From the sequence record SRR20825010_7068: a stretch of DNA of 49,341 nt; one strand, 5' to 3'. The notes under the pieces were generated by a model, which saw only the letters and a program-made list of their open reading frames with translations, ran no database searches and was not told where the DNA came from. The translations under genes were made by a program, and so were the position numbers. Shown here piece after piece: positions 16,197 through 25,456 of this stretch. Within the stretch, counting starts at the first letter, position 1; each line of letters opens with the position of its first letter.

Positions 16197-18830
16197 TCAG
16201 TTTTCCGGCACCCGGAAGGGGTCGTTATACAGCTGCGCCCCCAGATCGATCCATTCGGCAATCAAGCGCTGCTCCGCCGCACTCAGCCAGCCTTCATGCA
16301 CGCCGCCAGAGGCGAAGCGATCAAAGAAAGCGCCGGAGTTACGTGCCTGCCCGGCCCGCACGGTAGCGGACACCGCCACCGTATCCGTGACGGGAATCGG
16401 GTTGCCATTGTTATCCAGAATCAACTCGCCGTCTTCATCGGTTTGGTAAACCACATTGCCTTCACCATCGGTGACGATAATCAGATTATCCACCAAAGCG
16501 CCGTCTTCCAGCGTCAGCTCGTTGTCGTTGAACAACAATTCCCGGTAACTGGTGAGCTGGTCCTGCTGGTCCGGTGACGCCTCACCAGTGAGCTCCAGCT
16601 GGGCAGGCGGCACTTGCAGGGCATTCATGGCATCGCGGCGGTTATGGCACGACGAGCAGGTACGATCTTCCATCACGCCACCCATATCGGCCACCCGGGG
16701 CAAATCCCAGATCGGCTGGATGTGATCTTCGTAGTGAATCACCGTCCGGCATTCCGGTTGCCATTGAGTCTGGCAGCCCACCGTGGCGGGAGCTGGAGTC
16801 TCCAGATCCTCATAGCTGAGCAAGAGTTCATCGGCCGGATCCGGCGCCGGATCACTCCAGGCGTCAAACGCCTGCATATTGATAGCCGGCCATTCGCTGT
16901 CCGGCAGGAAACGGGCAAGGGCCTGGGCCATGGTTTCCCCGGCATCGGCAAAGGGCACCACATCGGCGCGGCTGTTGGGGAACGGTTGGCCGGTGACCGG
17001 TGCGCCGTCATGGATCGATGGCGCCATACCATCGGTGCGCCCATGGGGCTGTGGATTGTTGGTTCGGTGGCAGCCCTGGCATTGCAGTGTTTCCCCGGGG
17101 CGCAAGTTCAACCAGGCTCCATGGCGGCTGAACACGGCCTTGCCGTCTGCATCCACCAGTTGCAGGCCCAGTGGTGCATCCGCCGGCACCCGGGCCCGCA
17201 CGGAACCATCCGGCTCCACCGGCACATAACCGACAATTTCCCGCATACCGAAGTTAGCTGCCCGACCAAACTGGGCTCCGCTGATATCGCGCACGTCTTC
17301 GTTGGGGATCAGAACACCTTTGGTGATACGCAGGAAACGCACCCGTCGCTGGTCCGGCGTGACCTGGGCCGGATCACTGAAATCCGCGATCGAGTTGATA
17401 CCCGGCAGCCCCGGGTTCATGAAATCGGAAAACCCGCCATCCAGATCGTAAACGCTGCGAATATCGATACGCGCCATATTGGCATCAGCCAGTGCGTCGT
17501 CCCGATCCGACACCGGCACCACGGCAGCCATGCTGCTAGCCGTGGCCACAGCCAGCTCCGTCACCCATAGCCCCTGCTGAGGCTGCACCACCGGCAACTG
17601 CGTTCCTTCTGATGGATTCAGAATCCATAGCCCGAAAGCCGGCTCGGCTTCCGGCAAACCCTGCTGCAAGTATTCGTCAGTACAGGGGCGCAACACCGCC
17701 CCGTCCTGCAAACGACACGGCGACCAGGCCATCAGGTAACGCCCGGTACCATCATTCAGACTGACCAGATCGGCCATGCGTCCGGTCACCGAGATATCTC
17801 CGGTCAGCGTGGTATCCGGGCCTGGCAGAGCTTGTTCTGCCTGCCCCGCCACCCGGCCAAACAGGGGGCCTTCACGATTAACGAAATTGTCGATATCAAT
17901 GGCCACCGGTTCCATTTGCCCGGCGGCAGTTTCACGTAGCCGGATGGCCGTTAGCAAACGGCCATCGCCCATAAACGATAACGGCAGAAACTCACGGCGG
18001 GTGTCGTCCGTGAGCGCGTGGCTCTCCGCCCCGTACAACGGCGTCAGCGCGGTCCCGTCCGGGTTTACCCGGTACAGGTCAAAGCGGTCTTCATTGTCCT
18101 TATTGTCCCAACGCAGGAACACCACCCGGCCATCTGCCTTCACCAGCGGCGCCACATCGTGGCTCATATTGAAGGTGATCTGCTGAATATCCGAGCCATC
18201 CGGCTGCATCACATGCAGGGCGAAAGCACTCACGTCGCGCCCCTCCTCAAGAGGATAAAACTGGGGTTTGCCTTCATCCAGCAGGCGAGCCCGGGCCTGA
18301 CGCTGACGAGTGGAAGAAAAAACAATGCGGCCATCGGGCAGGTAGGCGGGGTAACGGTCCTGGCCCTCTTCAGCCAGCAAATCACTGCTGATCAGACGGT
18401 GGATCACGCCGCCCTGAAAATCGTATTCCCAAACGTTCCAGGTAGGCTGCTCATCGTCATCCGCATCAGGGATTTCCGGTGCGCGGGCGGCAAACAGCAA
18501 TCGCGTCCCGTCCGGGCTGACACTGAGATCACGGATATCGTGGCCTGCACCCAGCCGCGCCGTGGTCACATCCCGGGCCTCAGCGCGGGATGAAGCACTG
18601 TCGCGCACCATCAAACGGGCACCGGCCTGGAACACCGCCGGATCTTCCAGTGTCTCCTGCGCCATCGCGTCCATGTCACCCTGGGGCGGGGTACGCTGCA
18701 CATAGGCCACCGGGATCTCGGTCACGGTCGGATCTTTTGCCTGCTCACTGCCGTCCAGGCCGCCGCAGCCACCAAGCGCTGCCAGCATCCCCAGCAGGCC
18801 GAGTCCCCCAATACGCTTTATTATTTTCAC
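16197..18830 (-). CDS. Lipoprotein: TolB/PD40 beta-propeller, hydrazine-synthase-alpha middle domain, two CxxCH heme-binding motifs
   Basis: Lipobox-like LGGC; SPDGTRLLFA, PAYLPDGRIVFSSTR, PDGSDIQQITFN repeats; GYVPVEPDGSV...VPAD..LQLVDADG..LRPGE..CQGCH (17067-17081); CSSCH (16644-16658)..EQRLIAEWIDLGA. Confidence 0.75.
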   Translation of the reverse strand: MKIIKRIGGLGLLGMLAALGGCGGLDGSEQAKDPTVTEIPVAYVQRTPPQGDMDAMAQETLEDPAVFQAGARLMVRDSASSRAEARDVTTARLGAGHDIRDLSVSPDGTRLLFAARAPEIPDADDDEQPTWNVWEYDFQGGVIHRLISSDLLAEEGQDRYPAYLPDGRIVFSSTRQRQARARLLDEGKPQFYPLEEGRDVSAFALHVMQPDGSDIQQITFNMSHDVAPLVKADGRVVFLRWDNKDNEDRFDLYRVNPDGTALTPLYGAESHALTDDTRREFLPLSFMGDGRLLTAIRLRETAAGQMEPVAIDIDNFVNREGPLFGRVAGQAEQALPGPDTTLTGDISVTGRMADLVSLNDGTGRYLMAWSPCRLQDGAVLRPCTDEYLQQGLPEAEPAFGLWILNPSEGTQLPVVQPQQGLWVTELAVATASSMAAVVPVSDRDDALADANMARIDIRSVYDLDGGFSDFMNPGLPGINSIADFSDPAQVTPDQRRVRFLRITKGVLIPNEDVRDISGAQFGRAANFGMREIVGYVPVEPDGSVRARVPADAPLGLQLVDADGKAVFSRHGAWLNLRPGETLQCQGCHRTNNPQPHGRTDGMAPSIHDGAPVTGQPFPNSRADVVPFADAGETMAQALARFLPDSEWPAINMQAFDAWSDPAPDPADELLLSYEDLETPAPATVGCQTQWQPECRTVIHYEDHIQPIWDLPRVADMGGVMEDRTCSSCHNRRDAMNALQVPPAQLELTGEASPDQQDQLTSYRELLFNDNELTLEDGALVDNLIIVTDGEGNVVYQTDEDGELILDNNGNPIPVTDTVAVSATVRAGQARNSGAFFDRFASGGVHEGWLSAAEQRLIAEWIDLGAQLYNDPFRVPEN

Positions 18831-18890
18831 CCGTTCATCCGTATTTCGTAGGTTTACATCAGTATCCCGAATATCTTCTTAAATTTCTGG

Positions 18891-18914
18891 GCGTCACTTC
18901 ACAGAGAGTGACGC
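18891..18914. promoter_or_regulatory. Perfect 8-8-8 inverted repeat in the divergent promoter region
   Basis: GCGTCACT-TCACAGAG-AGTGACGC. Confidence 0.45.
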
Positions 18915-19043
18915 AGAATGTCATACAGAATACTCACGGGATACGGGAAATCTGTTAAACGGTAATACCATTATCACTACTGGCTTGCCGGCGACCGCAA
19001 AATGCGGCCGCGGTGCTCATAGAGAACAACAAGGACCAAGCCC

Positions 19044-20219
19044 ATGAAAGGCTACCGGGGGATCATACTGATCGCACTTGCCATGGCGGTATCCGCCACA
19101 GCAACGGCAAACAGCCGGGATCAGGCTCAACGCATCCACAATCGGCTTGCCGGCGTACCGGCCGATGCCGCAACGCTGACCGAAATGGCGCAGCTGATTG
19201 ATAACAACCAGGTTGCCGAGGCCGCCGAACTGGCCATGGACAACCCGGCCTTCTATAACGTCACCATCAAGCAGTTTGCCACGCCCTGGACCAACGAAGC
19301 CCAGGACGTGTTCGCACCGCTCAACGACTACACCGCCACCATCATCGGTGTGGTCCGTGACGATGTGGACTTCCGCCGCATCCTCTACAGTGACCTGCTC
19401 TATGTGGGCAACACCAGCCCCGCGGCCTCTCCCTCCAGCAATGCCCATTATCAGGCGCTGGAAGATCAACATGCGGATCTCAGCACGGCACTCACTGAAA
19501 GCAGCCAGGCCAGCCAGTACGGTACCCCGGCAGAAGCCGTGGCCGGCGTCTTGACGACCCGCGCCGCTGCCAACGCCTTTTTCTACGCCGGCACCAACCG
19601 GGCCATGCTGCGCTTCACCCTGATGAATCACATGTGTCGTGACCTGGAGCAGGTCAAGGACACCAGCCGCCCCTCCGACCGCATCCGCCAGGACGTGAGC
19701 CGCAGCCCCGGTGGCGACAGCCGTATCTTCCGCAACAGCTGTATCGGCTGTCACAGCGGCATGGACCCGCTGGCCCAGGCCTTTGCCTACTACGACTGGG
19801 AAGGCGAACAGGAAGGCAATGGCGGCCGCATGGTCTACAACAGCGGCAACGATGCCGAGACCGGCACCCGGGTGCAGGGAAAATACCTGATCAACGGCAA
19901 CAACTTCCCCTGGGGCTATATCACCCCCGACAACAGCTGGGACAACTACTGGCGCAAAGGCCCCAATGCCAACCTGGGCTGGGATCCAAGCCTCCCCGGT
20001 AGCGGCGAAGGCGCCGCCAGCATGGGCAAGGAACTGGCCCACAGTGAAGTCTTTGCCACCTGCCAGGCAGAAAAAGTCTTCCAGACCGTGTGCCTGCGCA
20101 AACCCGCCGACGGCGCCGACACCGCCGAACTGGCCAGCATGACCAGCAACTTCAAAAACGATAACTACCGCATGAAAACCCTGTTTTCCGATGCGGCCAC
20201 CTACTGCATGGGGGAGTAA
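19044..20219 (+). CDS. Secreted c-type cytochrome-like protein (DUF1588/DUF1585-like)
   Basis: Sec signal ending ATA-N; RIHNRLAGVP; AGVLTTRA..TNRAM..HMC; CIGCH (19740-19754) followed by GMDPLAQAF; C-terminal FATCQAEKVF..YRMKTLF. Confidence 0.65.
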   Translation: MKGYRGIILIALAMAVSATATANSRDQAQRIHNRLAGVPADAATLTEMAQLIDNNQVAEAAELAMDNPAFYNVTIKQFATPWTNEAQDVFAPLNDYTATIIGVVRDDVDFRRILYSDLLYVGNTSPAASPSSNAHYQALEDQHADLSTALTESSQASQYGTPAEAVAGVLTTRAAANAFFYAGTNRAMLRFTLMNHMCRDLEQVKDTSRPSDRIRQDVSRSPGGDSRIFRNSCIGCHSGMDPLAQAFAYYDWEGEQEGNGGRMVYNSGNDAETGTRVQGKYLINGNNFPWGYITPDNSWDNYWRKGPNANLGWDPSLPGSGEGAASMGKELAHSEVFATCQAEKVFQTVCLRKPADGADTAELASMTSNFKNDNYRMKTLFSDAATYCMGE

Positions 20220-20222
20220 CGC

Positions 20223-22697
20223 ATGTCTTTTTTCCCGCTTACTTACCCTCGTAACGCCACCCTGTTCGCCAGCCTGCTGGTCGCCTTGCTCAGCGGCTGT
20301 GGCGGCAGCGGCAGCGGTGCCGACACACAACCGAACGTAGATACCGGAGGCAATGGTGGCGGCGTGAACTACAACGGTCCTGCGCCGCGCAACGCCGACA
20401 TCTCCGCGTTCAAAATCTATATCTGGAACAATCTGGTCAGTGAACAGCGCTGCGGCGCCTGTCACCGCAACCAGCAGCCCGCTTTTGTGCAAACCGGCAA
20501 CATCAACGACGCCTATGCCGCCGCCAATCCGCTGATCAACCTGAACCAGCCAGCGGCGTCGCGCATGGTGCAGAAAGTGGCCGGTGGCCATAACTGCTGG
20601 GAAGCGGACCCACAGGTCTGCGCCGACCAGATCAGCACGTGGATCAGCGCCTGGGCCGGAGAAACCCTGGGCCTGGGCGGCGGCACCACCGAGCTGGACC
20701 CACCACCCCTGTACGATCCCGGTGACAGCAAAAACTTCCCGGTGGACAGTGGGCTGTTCGAAACTACGGTGTACCCGTTACTGGAGCCGCATTGCAGCGA
20801 ATGCCACCAGAGCGATGCCGCCACCCCGCAGGCGCCCTACCTGGCCGCCGATGATGTGGACGAAGCCTACAGTGCCGCGCAAAGCAAAATTGACCTGAAC
20901 CAGCCGGCACTCAGCCGCCTGGTGGAACGCCTGCGCGAAGACAACCACAACTGCTGGAGTGACAGCTGCAGCAGCGATGCCGACGCCATGGAAGACGCCA
21001 TTCGCGCCATGGCCAACAACATTACCGCCACCGCCCCGGATGGCGACCTGGTGCTGAGCAAGGCGCTGACCGTGAACGACGGCACCTTGGCAGCCGGCGG
21101 CGGACGCTATGAAAGCAACGTGGTGGCCCGCTATGAATTCAAAACCGGTGAAGGACTCACCGCTTACGATTCCTCCGGCGTAGACCCCGCCATCCACCTG
21201 CAATTCAGCGGCGATGTGGCCTGGGAAGGCGGCTGGGGTATTCGCCTTAACGGTGGCAAGGCCCAGGGCAGCACCCAGACCAGCAAAAAGCTCACCGACC
21301 TGATTGCCGCCACCGGCGAACTGACTCTGGAAGCCTGGCTGGTACCCGCCAGCACTGGCCAGGATGATGCCCACATCATCAGTTACTCCGCTGGCACCAT
21401 GGCCCGCAACTTGACCCTCGCACAGAGTGGCAGCAACTACCTGGCCTACCAGCGCATCGGCGAAGCCACCGACAGCAACGGCGAGCCGGTACTGTCCACT
21501 GCTGACGATCCGCTGCAGGCCAGCCTCCAGCATGTGGCCATGACGTTTGACCCGGTAAACGGTCGCCAGATCTACATCAATGGCGAACTCAACGGGGCCA
21601 CCGACACGGTCCCCCCCGGCCTGCTCAACACCTGGGACGACACCTTCGCCCTGGTACTCGGCAACGAAGCCTCCAGCGACCGGCCGTGGGAAGGGGTGGT
21701 CCGTTTTGCCGCCATCCATAATCGCGCGCTCACTGGCGAACAGATCCGCACCAACTTTGCCGCCGGTGTGGGCGAGCGCTACTTCCTGCCCTTCTACATA
21801 GGCCACCTGATCGACCAGGAGGGCGCCTACCTGGTATTCGAAGTCTCCCGCTTCGACAACTACAGTTACCTGTTTGCCGCCCCCTACTTCATCAACCTGG
21901 AGCAGGATATCGTGGACACAGAAGTGGCCCTGCAAGGCCTGCGCCTGGGCGTTAACGGCCGCGTCCCTGACGTGGCCCAGTCCTTTGCCACGGTGGACAC
22001 CCTGATTGGCGGTGAAGGCTACAGCGAGCAGGGCGAAACCCTGTCTCGCCTGGGCACTCTGCTGCCCGTGGAGCAAGGCCAGGAGAACGATGAATTTTTC
22101 CTCACCTTCGAACGCCTGGGCAGCCACACCAATGTGCACACCGACCCGCAGCCCCTGCCACTGACACCCAACCAGTACGGCGAGCAACCGCTGCCCGGCC
22201 TGCGCAACTTTGCTGAAATCAACGCCACCATGAGCCAGCTCACCGGCGTCCCGGAAGGCTACGGCGAAGTGCCGGACACCTACCAGCGCCTGCGTGCCCA
22301 GCTGCCCAGTGAGGAAAATATCGAAGCCTTCCTCACGGCGCATCAAGTGGGGGTTGCACAGCTGGCCATCGAATACTGCAACGCGCTGGTGGAAGCGGAG
22401 CGTAGCAACGACGCCAGCATTCAGCCGTTATTCGTGGGCATGAATTACAGCGCCGGCGCCGACACCCTCAGCCAGCAGAACTGGAAAGACTGGGTCATTT
22501 CACCGTTGTATGAGCGCATGGTCGGTAACGGACAGGCCAGCCAGCCAGACCGTAATGGCGTGGAAAGCGAACTGGAAGACCTGCTGTTTAATACCAACCT
22601 GACCCAATGCAGCAGCGACTGCGTGGAGCGCACTGCCACCGCCACCAAAGCGGCCTGTGCCGCCATGCTGGGCAGCGCCACCATGCTGTTTCAATAA
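20223..22697 (+). CDS. Lipoprotein with two tandem CxxCH cytochrome-c repeats and a LamG/ConA-like domain
   Basis: Lipobox LLSGC plus Gly linker; CGACH (20451-20465) and CSECH (20793-20807); ARYEF..G..AYDSSG, LTLEAWL, HVAMTFD..QIYINGEL..LVLGN..AIHNRALT (LamG). Confidence 0.8.
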   Translation: MSFFPLTYPRNATLFASLLVALLSGCGGSGSGADTQPNVDTGGNGGGVNYNGPAPRNADISAFKIYIWNNLVSEQRCGACHRNQQPAFVQTGNINDAYAAANPLINLNQPAASRMVQKVAGGHNCWEADPQVCADQISTWISAWAGETLGLGGGTTELDPPPLYDPGDSKNFPVDSGLFETTVYPLLEPHCSECHQSDAATPQAPYLAADDVDEAYSAAQSKIDLNQPALSRLVERLREDNHNCWSDSCSSDADAMEDAIRAMANNITATAPDGDLVLSKALTVNDGTLAAGGGRYESNVVARYEFKTGEGLTAYDSSGVDPAIHLQFSGDVAWEGGWGIRLNGGKAQGSTQTSKKLTDLIAATGELTLEAWLVPASTGQDDAHIISYSAGTMARNLTLAQSGSNYLAYQRIGEATDSNGEPVLSTADDPLQASLQHVAMTFDPVNGRQIYINGELNGATDTVPPGLLNTWDDTFALVLGNEASSDRPWEGVVRFAAIHNRALTGEQIRTNFAAGVGERYFLPFYIGHLIDQEGAYLVFEVSRFDNYSYLFAAPYFINLEQDIVDTEVALQGLRLGVNGRVPDVAQSFATVDTLIGGEGYSEQGETLSRLGTLLPVEQGQENDEFFLTFERLGSHTNVHTDPQPLPLTPNQYGEQPLPGLRNFAEINATMSQLTGVPEGYGEVPDTYQRLRAQLPSEENIEAFLTAHQVGVAQLAIEYCNALVEAERSNDASIQPLFVGMNYSAGADTLSQQNWKDWVISPLYERMVGNGQASQPDRNGVESELEDLLFNTNLTQCSSDCVERTATATKAACAAMLGSATMLFQ

Positions 22698-22708
22698 GGG
22701 GCACGATC

Positions 22709-24295
22709 ATGAAAAGAATGATGAAAAAACCACAGGCCTTGCACCCCGACGCCCCGCTTCTGAATCTGGGCCACGGCAAACCCATTAGCCGCCGCGACAT
22801 GCTCGGCCGCGGCCTGGTGTCCGGCGCGGCCTTCGGCAGCGTGGGCCTGCTGGGCCTGTTCAGTAACCCTCGCGACGCCATGGCGGCGTTACAGGGCGAC
22901 CTGGAAACCATCAAATCCGATTGCGGCATCCTCGGTGCCGGCGCCGGCAAGATCCCGTTCATCTGTTTCGACCTGGCCGGCGGCGCCAACATCGCCGGCT
23001 CCAATGTGCTGGTGGGAGGGCAGGGCGGCCAGCTGGATTTTCTCAGCAGTGCCGGCTACTCCAAACTCGGCCTGCCTGGCGGCATGGCCCCCAGCACCGA
23101 CCCCGGCGTCGTCAACACCGATTTGGGACTTGCCTTCCACAGTGACTCGCCCTTCCTGCGCGGCATTCAGGAAAAAGCCCCCGGTGCCATGGGCAACGTG
23201 AATGGCTGCGTGATTCCGGCCCGTTCCGAGAACGACACCGCCAACAACCCTCACAACCCCATGTACGGTATTTTCAATGCCGGCGCCGATGGCGAGTTAC
23301 TATCCCTGATCGGTTCACGCAGCTCCCTGTCCGGCGGCAACTCCATGTCACCGGACGGCTCCATCATCGCCTCCGCTCGCCCTACCAAGGTGGACCGTGG
23401 CACCGACGTGACCGGCCTGGTGGACACCGGCAAGCTGGTGGGTCTGCTCTCCAAGGACGATGCCGTGTCGGTGATGGAATCCATCGCCCGCATCAGCCAT
23501 AAACGCATCGACCGTATCGACAGCGGCCTCACCGATGCCAACCGCCGCGCTAATCTGCGCGACCTGCTGCGTTGCGGCTATGTAGAAGCGGCGGATATTA
23601 CCGATCGTTATGGTGACCCCTCTGCCCTGAATATTCGTCAGGACACGGACATCCTCAGCATCTTCTCCGAGTCAGAGTTGAATGATCGGGAGTTCGAAAA
23701 AACCGCCTCCATCATGAAGCTGGTGATCAATGGCTACGCCGGTGCCGGCTGTATCTCCATGGGCGGCTTTGACTATCACACCGGCGAGCGTGGCACCGGG
23801 GAAATCCGCGACCTGCGCGCCGGCCGCTGCATGGGCGCCTGCCTGGAATACGCCCGCCGCCGCAACATGCCGTTGATGATGTACGTGTTCAGCGATGGCT
23901 CCGTTTCCAGCAACGGGCGCATCGATGATTCCACCAACGGCCGCGGCAAAGGCGAGTGGACCGGCGACAACTCGTCCACCGCCGCCTCGTTCTTTCTGGT
24001 CTACAACCCCAACGGCCGCCCAACCCTGAACACCAACGGCGCCAGCGCCGAGAACCATCAGCAACTGGGCTGGATGCGCAGTGACGCCTCGGTGGAAACC
24101 GCCGGCACCCCGGCGGCCAACAACGTGAACCTGCTGGCGGAAACCGTGTGGTTGAACTACATGGCGTTGCACGGTGAAATCGGCCAGTTCAGCACCCGTT
24201 TCCCCAATCACAGCCTGGGCAACGCCGCTTCGCTGGACAAACTGGCCGCCTTCAACCCCATCGTCAGCGGCCCCGTCTTTCCTCCTCCCGCCTGA
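22709..24295 (+). CDS. Tat-exported protein of unknown function (DUF1501/DUF1552-like)
   Basis: SRRDML twin-arginine motif plus hydrophobic stretch ending AMA; ICFDLAGGAN; GGFDYH resembling DUF1501 GGWDTH; ATG 22709 follows the previous stop with AAGGGG RBS. Confidence 0.65.
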   Translation: MKRMMKKPQALHPDAPLLNLGHGKPISRRDMLGRGLVSGAAFGSVGLLGLFSNPRDAMAALQGDLETIKSDCGILGAGAGKIPFICFDLAGGANIAGSNVLVGGQGGQLDFLSSAGYSKLGLPGGMAPSTDPGVVNTDLGLAFHSDSPFLRGIQEKAPGAMGNVNGCVIPARSENDTANNPHNPMYGIFNAGADGELLSLIGSRSSLSGGNSMSPDGSIIASARPTKVDRGTDVTGLVDTGKLVGLLSKDDAVSVMESIARISHKRIDRIDSGLTDANRRANLRDLLRCGYVEAADITDRYGDPSALNIRQDTDILSIFSESELNDREFEKTASIMKLVINGYAGAGCISMGGFDYHTGERGTGEIRDLRAGRCMGACLEYARRRNMPLMMYVFSDGSVSSNGRIDDSTNGRGKGEWTGDNSSTAASFFLVYNPNGRPTLNTNGASAENHQQLGWMRSDASVETAGTPAANNVNLLAETVWLNYMALHGEIGQFSTRFPNHSLGNAASLDKLAAFNPIVSGPVFPPPA

Positions 24296-24300
24296 CCCGA

Positions 24301-24333
24301 CCTGCCGGGGCGGCACAAGCCCGCTCCGGCAGG
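24301..24333 (+). terminator. GC-rich hairpin right after the Tat-protein gene (terminator or mRNA stabiliser, no U tract)
   Basis: CCTGCCGGGGCGG-CACAAGC-CCGCTCCGGCAGG. Confidence 0.5.
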
Positions 24334-24377
24334 TACACTGCGTTGACACTCTTGCTGACAACCCGAAGACAACTGCC

Positions 24378-25361
24378 ATGGTTTCGCTTACGCCTGTTGC
24401 CCGCCTGATCACGCTGTTCACACCTGCCCTGCTCCTGCTGCTGGCCATGCCGGCACAGGCCCAATGGCAACAACAGGACTGGGATGTGATGGGCACCCGG
24501 GCCAGCGTCACACTGTGGACCGAGCAGGATGCGGCGCCCTTGTTCGACGCGCTGAAAGAAGAAATGGCACGGCTGAATGCCTTGTTGTCCCCCTGGGTGG
24601 AGAGCAGCGAGCTGGCCCGGGTCAACGCCCATGCCGGCGAAACAACACAAACCATCAGCCTGGAGTTTTATCAGCTGCTGGTACGGTCTCTGGACTACTA
24701 TCAACTCACCGACGGCGCCTTCGACATTACCTTTGCCAGTGCTGGCCATCTGTACGATTACCGCAAAGGCAAGGCGCCGGACGATTCCGAGCTGGCCGCC
24801 GCGAACCAACATATTGGCGCCGACCGTATTGAGCTGACCGCACCGGACAAGGTGCGCTTCCGTGACCCCGGCACCCGTATCGATCTGGGCGGTATCGCCA
24901 AGGGGTACGCGATTGATCAGGGCATCGCCTTGCTGAAAGAGGCAGGCGTCAGGCACGCCTACCTGTCACTGGGCGGGGACAGTTATGTGCTGGGCGACCA
25001 CCGGGGTCGCCCCTGGGAAGTGGGCATTCAACACCCGCGCAGTAAAAAGGACATCGCCATGAAACTGCCCATGGCCGATCTGGCCATGTCCACCTCGGGG
25101 GATTACCAGCGTTACTTCATCCAGGACGGCCGCCGCATTCATCACATCCTGTCGCCGAAAACCGGTAAAAGCATCGATGGTCTGGCCAGCGTTACCGTGC
25201 TGTGTGACAACAGTATTGATGCTGACGCCCTGTCCACCAGCGTCTTTGTGCTGGGCGCCGAAAAAGGCCTGGCACTGATCAATCGTCTTCCCGGCACCTC
25301 GGCCATCATCATCGACCGGGAAGGTAACGTTACCTACTCCGATGACCTAACCGGCGGCTAA
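24378..25361 (+). CDS. apbE: FAD:protein FMN transferase (flavin trafficking protein); exact start uncertain
   Basis: VMGT, SELARVN, TDGAFDIT, IDLGGIAKGYAID, STSGDYQRYF, HHILSPKTG, DADALST. Confidence 0.93.
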   Translation: MVSLTPVARLITLFTPALLLLLAMPAQAQWQQQDWDVMGTRASVTLWTEQDAAPLFDALKEEMARLNALLSPWVESSELARVNAHAGETTQTISLEFYQLLVRSLDYYQLTDGAFDITFASAGHLYDYRKGKAPDDSELAAANQHIGADRIELTAPDKVRFRDPGTRIDLGGIAKGYAIDQGIALLKEAGVRHAYLSLGGDSYVLGDHRGRPWEVGIQHPRSKKDIAMKLPMADLAMSTSGDYQRYFIQDGRRIHHILSPKTGKSIDGLASVTVLCDNSIDADALSTSVFVLGAEKGLALINRLPGTSAIIIDREGNVTYSDDLTGG

Positions 25362-25456
25362 AAATCAGAAATCAGGTTGATGGCGGTATCGCCGGGTCTT
25401 TCGTTGAATGTCCGTCAGCGTGGCCAGAGTCGCGCCAATCTGCACTGGACCTTGTC

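Noticed and set aside
16197-18830. Anammox hydrazine synthase function
   Set aside because: Only an alpha-like architecture is present; no beta/gamma subunits or other anammox genes, and the context is an aerobic heterotroph.
19017-22346. Long minus-strand ORFs 19017-20591 and 20778-22346
   Set aside because: Antisense to well-formed plus-strand genes with signal peptides and heme motifs; composition typical of shadow ORFs.
22709-24295. Type II secretion or heme-binding assignment for the 528-aa protein
   Set aside because: No multi-TM GspF-like topology or T2SS neighbours; its CMGAC is CxxxC with no following His.
12829-25361. MtrCAB-type porin-cytochrome conduit
   Set aside because: No protein has more than two CxxCH motifs and there is no large MtrB-sized barrel.
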